A stretch of 45,353 nucleotides of DNA from Octopus sinensis (Eukaryota). Shown here in pieces: positions 39,405-45,353 of the stretch (its first letter is position 1; each line of letters begins with the position of its first letter). The DNA is taken from NCBI RefSeq assembly GCF_006345805.1, contig NW_021834958.1, forward strand, positions 1 through 45,353, given 5' to 3'. Position numbers and translations under genes: made by a program. The notes beneath the pieces were generated by a model that was given only the letters and a program-made list of their open reading frames with translations, was not told where the DNA came from and made no database searches.

Positions 39405-39922
39405 TATGGGTGTATGTATGTGTGTATGTATGTATGTATATATGTATGTATGTATGTATATATGTATGTATGTATATATGTATGTATGTACGTGTGTATG
39501 TATGTGTGTATGTATTTATGTATGTAATTATGTATGTATGTATTATGGGTGTATGTATGGGTGTATGTATGTATGTATGTATGTATGTATGTGTGTATGT
39601 ATGTGTGTATGTATGTGTGTATGTATGTATGTAAGCATGTATGTATGTATGTATGTATGTATATATGTATGTATATATGTATGTATGTATGTATGTATGT
39701 GTGTATGTATGTATGTATGTATGTATGTGTGTATGTGTGTATGTACGTGTGTATGTATGTATGTATGTATGTATGTATGTATGTATGTATGCATGCATGT
39801 ATGTATATATGTATGTATGTATGTATGTATGTAGTATATATGTATGTATGTATATATGTATGCATGTATGTATGTGTGTATGTATGTATGTATGTGTGTA
39901 TGTATGTATGTATGTATGTATG

Positions 39923-39956
<34 letters not shown>

Positions 39957-40674
39957 TGTATGTATTTATGTGTGTATGTATGCGTGTGTGTATGTATGTA
40001 TGTATGTATGTATATATGTATGTATGTATGTATATATGTATGTATGTATGTATGTGTGTATGTATGTATGTGTGTATGTATGCATGTATGTATGTATGTA
40101 TGTATTTATGTGTGTATGTATGTGTGTGTATGTATGTATGTATGTATGTATGTATGTATTTATGTGTGTATGTATGTGTGTGTGTATGTGTGTATGTATG
40201 TATGTATGTATGTATGTATGTATGTATGTATGTGTGTGTATGTATGTATGTATGTATGTATGTATGTATGTATGTATGCATGTATGTGTGTATGTATGTA
40301 TGTATATATGTATGTATATATGTATGTATGCATGTATGTATGCATGTATGTATATATGCATGTATGTATGTATGTATGTATGTATGTATGTATGTACGTA
40401 CGTATGTATGTATGTATGTATGTATGTATATATGTATGTATGTATGTGTGTATGTATGTATGTATGTATGTATGTATGTGTGTATGTATGTGTGTATGTA
40501 TGTGTGTATGTATGTATGTAAGCATGTATGTATGTATGTTTGTATGTATGTATTTGTGTATGTATATATGTATGTATATATATATGTATGTGTGTATGTA
40601 TGTGTGTATGTATTTATGTATGTATATATGTATGTATGTATGTGTGTATGTATGTATGTGTGTATGTATGTATG

Positions 40675-40708
<34 letters not shown>

Positions 40709-40927
40709 TGTATGTACGTGTGTATGTATGTACGTGTGTATGTATTTATGTATGTATGTATTATGTATGTATGTATGTATGTACGTATGTATATATGTGT
40801 GTATGTATGTATGTGTGTATGTATGTATGTGTGTATGTATGTATGTGTGTATGTATGTATGTATGTATGTATGTATGTATGTATGTATGTATGTGTGTAT
40901 GTATGTGTGTATGTATGTGTGTGTGTA

Positions 40928-40958
<31 letters not shown>

Positions 40959-41568
40959 ATGTATGTATGTATGTATGTATGTATGTGTGTATGTATGTAT
41001 ATATGTATGTATATATGTATGTATGTATGTGTGTATGTATGTATGTGTGTATGTTGTATGTATGTATGTATGTATATATGTATGTACGTATGTATGTACG
41101 TATGTATGTATGTATGTGTGTATGTATGTATGTATGTGTGTGTATGTGTGTGTGTATGTATGTATGTGTGTGTGTGTATGTATGTATGTATGTATGTATG
41201 TATGTATGTATGTATGTGTGTATGTGTGTATGTGTGTATGTATGTGTGTGTGTATGTATGTGTGTGTGTATGTATGTATGTGTGTATGTATGTATGTATT
41301 TATGTATGTATGTATGTATATATGTATGTATGTATGTGTGTATGTATGTATGTATGTATGTATGTGTGTATGTATGTATGTATGTATGTATGTATGTATG
41401 TATGTATGTATGTGTGTGTGTATGTATGTGTGTATGTATGTATGTGTGTATGTATGTATGTATGTGTGTATGTATGTATGTATGTATATATGTATGTATG
41501 TGTGTATGTATGTATGTATGTATGTATGTATGGATGGATGGATGGATGGATGGATGTATGGATGGATA
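38474..41568. repeat. ~3.1-kb imperfect (TATG)n array ending in (TGGA)n
   Basis: Direct reading; source of the 1065-aa and other YIHT/MYVC ORFs. Confidence 0.97.
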
Positions 41569-41824
41569 GGTATCAACCTCGCTTTGCAACAACTGCGTGG
41601 ATAAGATACTTCCACTCTACTCTGGGTCGACCGTTCCTTACAAATTAATTTGTTAGGCGCCAACTTTGTGGAATTCCTTTCGCCAAAAAGTTGCCGGCTT
41701 TGTGCTAAAAGCTGGAAACAATTAATATAGAATATATAGGTGCGCTGATGATAAGAAGCATTGCACCGTTTAGTGCTCGGCCTGTGTATTAATCAGGAAA
41801 GGATATATATATATATATATATAT

Positions 41825-42130
41825 CACGTGATCACGTGACCGACTAGGCCATCAGATGTTGTTACACATCGCTGGTCACAATGCGCTTCGCATTGTTGTA
41901 GCCTTCAAATGACGCAACCCCGCTGGCTAAGTGAGCAGGCCAACAGAAGAAAGAGTGAGAGAAAGTTGTGGCGAAAGAGTACAGCAGGGACCGCCACCAC
42001 CCCCTGCCGGAGCCTCGTGGAGCTTTAGGTGTTTTCGCTCAATAAACACTCACAACGCCCGGTCTGGGAATCGAAACCGCGATCCTACGACCGCGAGTCC
42101 GCTGCCCTAACCACTAGGCCATTGCGCCTC

Positions 42131-42131
<1 letters not shown>
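41825..42131 (-). mobile_element. tRNA-derived SINE family C, full length
   Basis: Head ggaggcgcaatggcctagtggttagggc..ggtttcgattccc; tail ends gtcggtcacgtgatcacgtg. Confidence 0.92.
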
Positions 42132-42183
<52 letters not shown>

Positions 42184-42206
42184 GATTATGTATATATGTA
42201 TGTATA

Positions 42207-42249
<43 letters not shown>

Positions 42250-42898
42250 GTGTACATGTTAATATCGTTGAATCATGGTGATACTTTAACTACCACATGT
42301 TCTAATATATAATTACACCGGATGCCTGTGATTTACATCATATTTTGTTGTATTAGTTGCAGATATGAAAAATGTAACTAATTCCGTCAGATTTATTAAT
42401 TAGAGATACGAACCAATATGTGATTAGTGGAATGTATTTCAAAGACTGTTAGCAAATAGGAAATATTCCTCAGAATGTCTTTATGTCTCGCATTAATTAG
42501 AAATTAAGTTCAGTACTGAGAATCTACGCAAATACGAGGCGCCGCCATAACAGGAGTTCATTTGATCAATTATAGAGTATACTTGGATGACAAAGGCGCG
42601 ACCTTATTTGAGTATCAGTAGTCGATCGGCTGGGTAGTGATTTTGCAATCAGATGAGATCGATGTATGAGGCTGCTCGAGTGTGTGTGTGTCTGTAAGTG
42701 TTCGACAGTGGAACAGTGAAAAAGGCTGTACTTAGACATGGGCACTTCTTTCCTGATTATAAGGAAAAAAAGGCATGTTGAAAAAGTCATGTTCAGGAAA
42801 GATTATTGAAAAGGTGAGAGAGCATGATACAATAGGCTGCACGTAGCAAGGCGTCTATGCAAGCAAAATTCTAGGGATTCGAATAAAATCTGACTTAA

Positions 42899-43340
<442 letters not shown>

Positions 43341-43371
43341 ATAATAATAATAATAATAATAATACAGGCAT

Positions 43372-43560
43372 CGGTGAAGAAAAAAGAAAAAAGCTTGCAT
43401 AATCATCGACATAGTATGTCCCGGTGACAACAGCATCAAAGAGATAGAAGGAAAAAGAAACTGAACAACGACGACGATTTGAAGAAATAAGAAGGTCATG
43501 GTCAATGAGGAGAGCAAACATGATACCAATAGTAATTCGCGCGCTTGGGAATATCAGCAT
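43372..43560 (+). mobile_element. Second, older RLE-domain fragment
   Basis: ACIIIDIVCPGD..IKE..IRRSWSM..MIPIVIRALG with frameshifts. Confidence 0.7.
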
Positions 43561-44620
43561 TTGGACCACTAACCTCGGGGACCACTAACCTGGGATGACC
43601 CCCAACTCCATCAGGCAAAAGCATTAAGCAAGCAGACATATATGTGTGTGTGTGTGTATGTATTTATTTGTGGAAAAATTTGTGTTTATGTATGTATGCG
43701 TGTGTGTATGTGAGTGCATGCGTCCAGTATGTGTGGCTTTGCATGTGCGCATCGATACGACAAGATTGTGCGCATCGCCCTCAAAGGGTCGCTCAGTCAT
43801 TCGTTAATTAGAGAAGGATAAAGTAAGTACCAGACTGCAAGAATTATTCAGATCTTTATGGGCCGCTAATAACCTCGACACCGGTGCCATAACAAGATTA
43901 GCACAGTGCCAAAAGTATTAAAACTAGTAAAAGAAAATGGGAAAATAATAAAACTGCTGCATTCGATATAAGGGTTAAGCGTTTTAATTTCCCGCTCTAA
44001 ATTGCGTTCGTAGAGGGAAAAAAATATACAGGAACAAAAAAACAAATTAAAATACACAAATGAAATAAGAATAGCGATGTGAAATCTTTATCGATATTTA
44101 TCCTTCGTCTCAAACAATCTAAACCTACGGGTTAATAGAATAAGTATGATAGATACGATTGGAACAGAAGTTGAACGAGAAATATCGATTGTGAACACCT
44201 TTATTATAATGTTTAATAAAACATCTCATCAATAACACGAAACGATCTTGTGATCATACAGAAGCCCCGGCTGAGGGGGAAAAAAATTATATATTGGAAC
44301 CAGGAGGTCAGAAAAATATAGCAATTAAGTGTGTTATTATTATTAAAAAAAAAAAATTTCTGAAGAAAATCTTTGTTTTTCCTTTGTAAATATAGGTCTT
44401 GAATACATTTTATTGACACTTTAAATTTCTTTTATTTTAATTGCATATTTATTTTTTTGTTGTTGTTTATATTTTAATGTTTTTTTTTTTAAAACCTATT
44501 TTCGTTGATAAATTACTTTAAGATTTGAAATGAAAGACACCGTAAATGCGTTTTACTTAGACTCATAGTTCACGTTTCATTGGTCTTTTACTGGTGCACG
44601 CAATAGCGAGATCACTTTCT

Positions 44621-44658
44621 AACAACAACAACAACAACAACAACAGTAAAAATAATAA

Positions 44659-44703
<45 letters not shown>

Positions 44704-44711
44704 TAATAATA

Positions 44712-44752
<41 letters not shown>

Positions 44753-44966
44753 CATCATCATTATTATTATTATTATCATTATTATTTATTATTATTATTA
44801 TTATCATCATCATTATTATCAATATTATCATTATTATTTATCATCATCATCATCATCATCATCATATAGTATCATCATCATTAGTATTATTATTATATAT
44901 TATTATTATTATCAATCATTATATAATTATCATATTAGTTATTTTCATCATCATCATATCATCATC

Positions 44967-44997
<31 letters not shown>

Positions 44998-45022
44998 TTA
45001 TTTCTTTATTAATAATAACAAT
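44621..45022. repeat. (AAC)n/(AAT)n/(TTA)n/(TCA)n tract
   Basis: Direct reading. Confidence 0.95.
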
Positions 45023-45353
45023 AAGGGAAGAGGAAACGACCTTCACTAAAACCGCGTCAGCAGTAGCCCTTAATAGTTCCAACAATTGTTTCGCATTTAT
45101 CAGAGAAAATTTGATGAATCGTTATGAACCCCCCCCCACATACCCACAAATACACACATATATTAGACAAAACATGAACAAAAAAAAAGCAGATGATTGT
45201 TGATAGGCTTGGCCGATTTTAAAGATTATTTTTGCGCCAAATAACACTACTTTCATTTTGTGTATACCACATGTGATTTATCACGTTTAACATGCTAACA
45301 TACGCTCACATTTACGCAGGGTAATACTACTTATACATACATGCGGGTGCACA

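Noticed and set aside
38395-41663. Very long ORFs (1065, 704, 642 aa)
   Set aside because: Translations of stop-free (TATG)n; no protein-like complexity.
42060-42131. tRNA gene
   Set aside because: A and B boxes are present, but it continues into a SINE body shared with 26236 and I see no complete acceptor stem.
45078-45106. Minus-strand CTGATAA..GAAACAATTGTT hammerhead-like string
   Set aside because: G8 is absent and there is no stem II.

Overview
AT-rich, microsatellite-dense eukaryotic DNA, most likely an octopus intron or intergenic region. The taxon is inferred from the tRNA-derived SINE families and the (TA)n/(CA)n/(TAA)n/(TATG)n load and was not verified. No confident host CDS was found: nearly all ORFs in the track are microsatellite or repeat translations. 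The window holds four SINE families, fragments of CR1-, RTE-, Tx1/L1- and R4/Dong-type LINEs, Tc1/mariner and pogo-like remnants, two non-autonomous Helitrons, several local tandem duplications and a ~3 kb (TATG)n array. Main signals: (1) one SINE variant whose tail meets the same nucleotide inside its own family's tRNA-like head at 6 junctions, two with target-site duplications, and which shares that tail with a separate retro-insertion; (2) four type I hammerhead-ribozyme folds with complete catalytic cores plus a variant, in short elements beside microsatellites; (3) three SINE/partner 3'-tail matches within this one window; (4) a weak candidate chain of minus-strand micro-exons.
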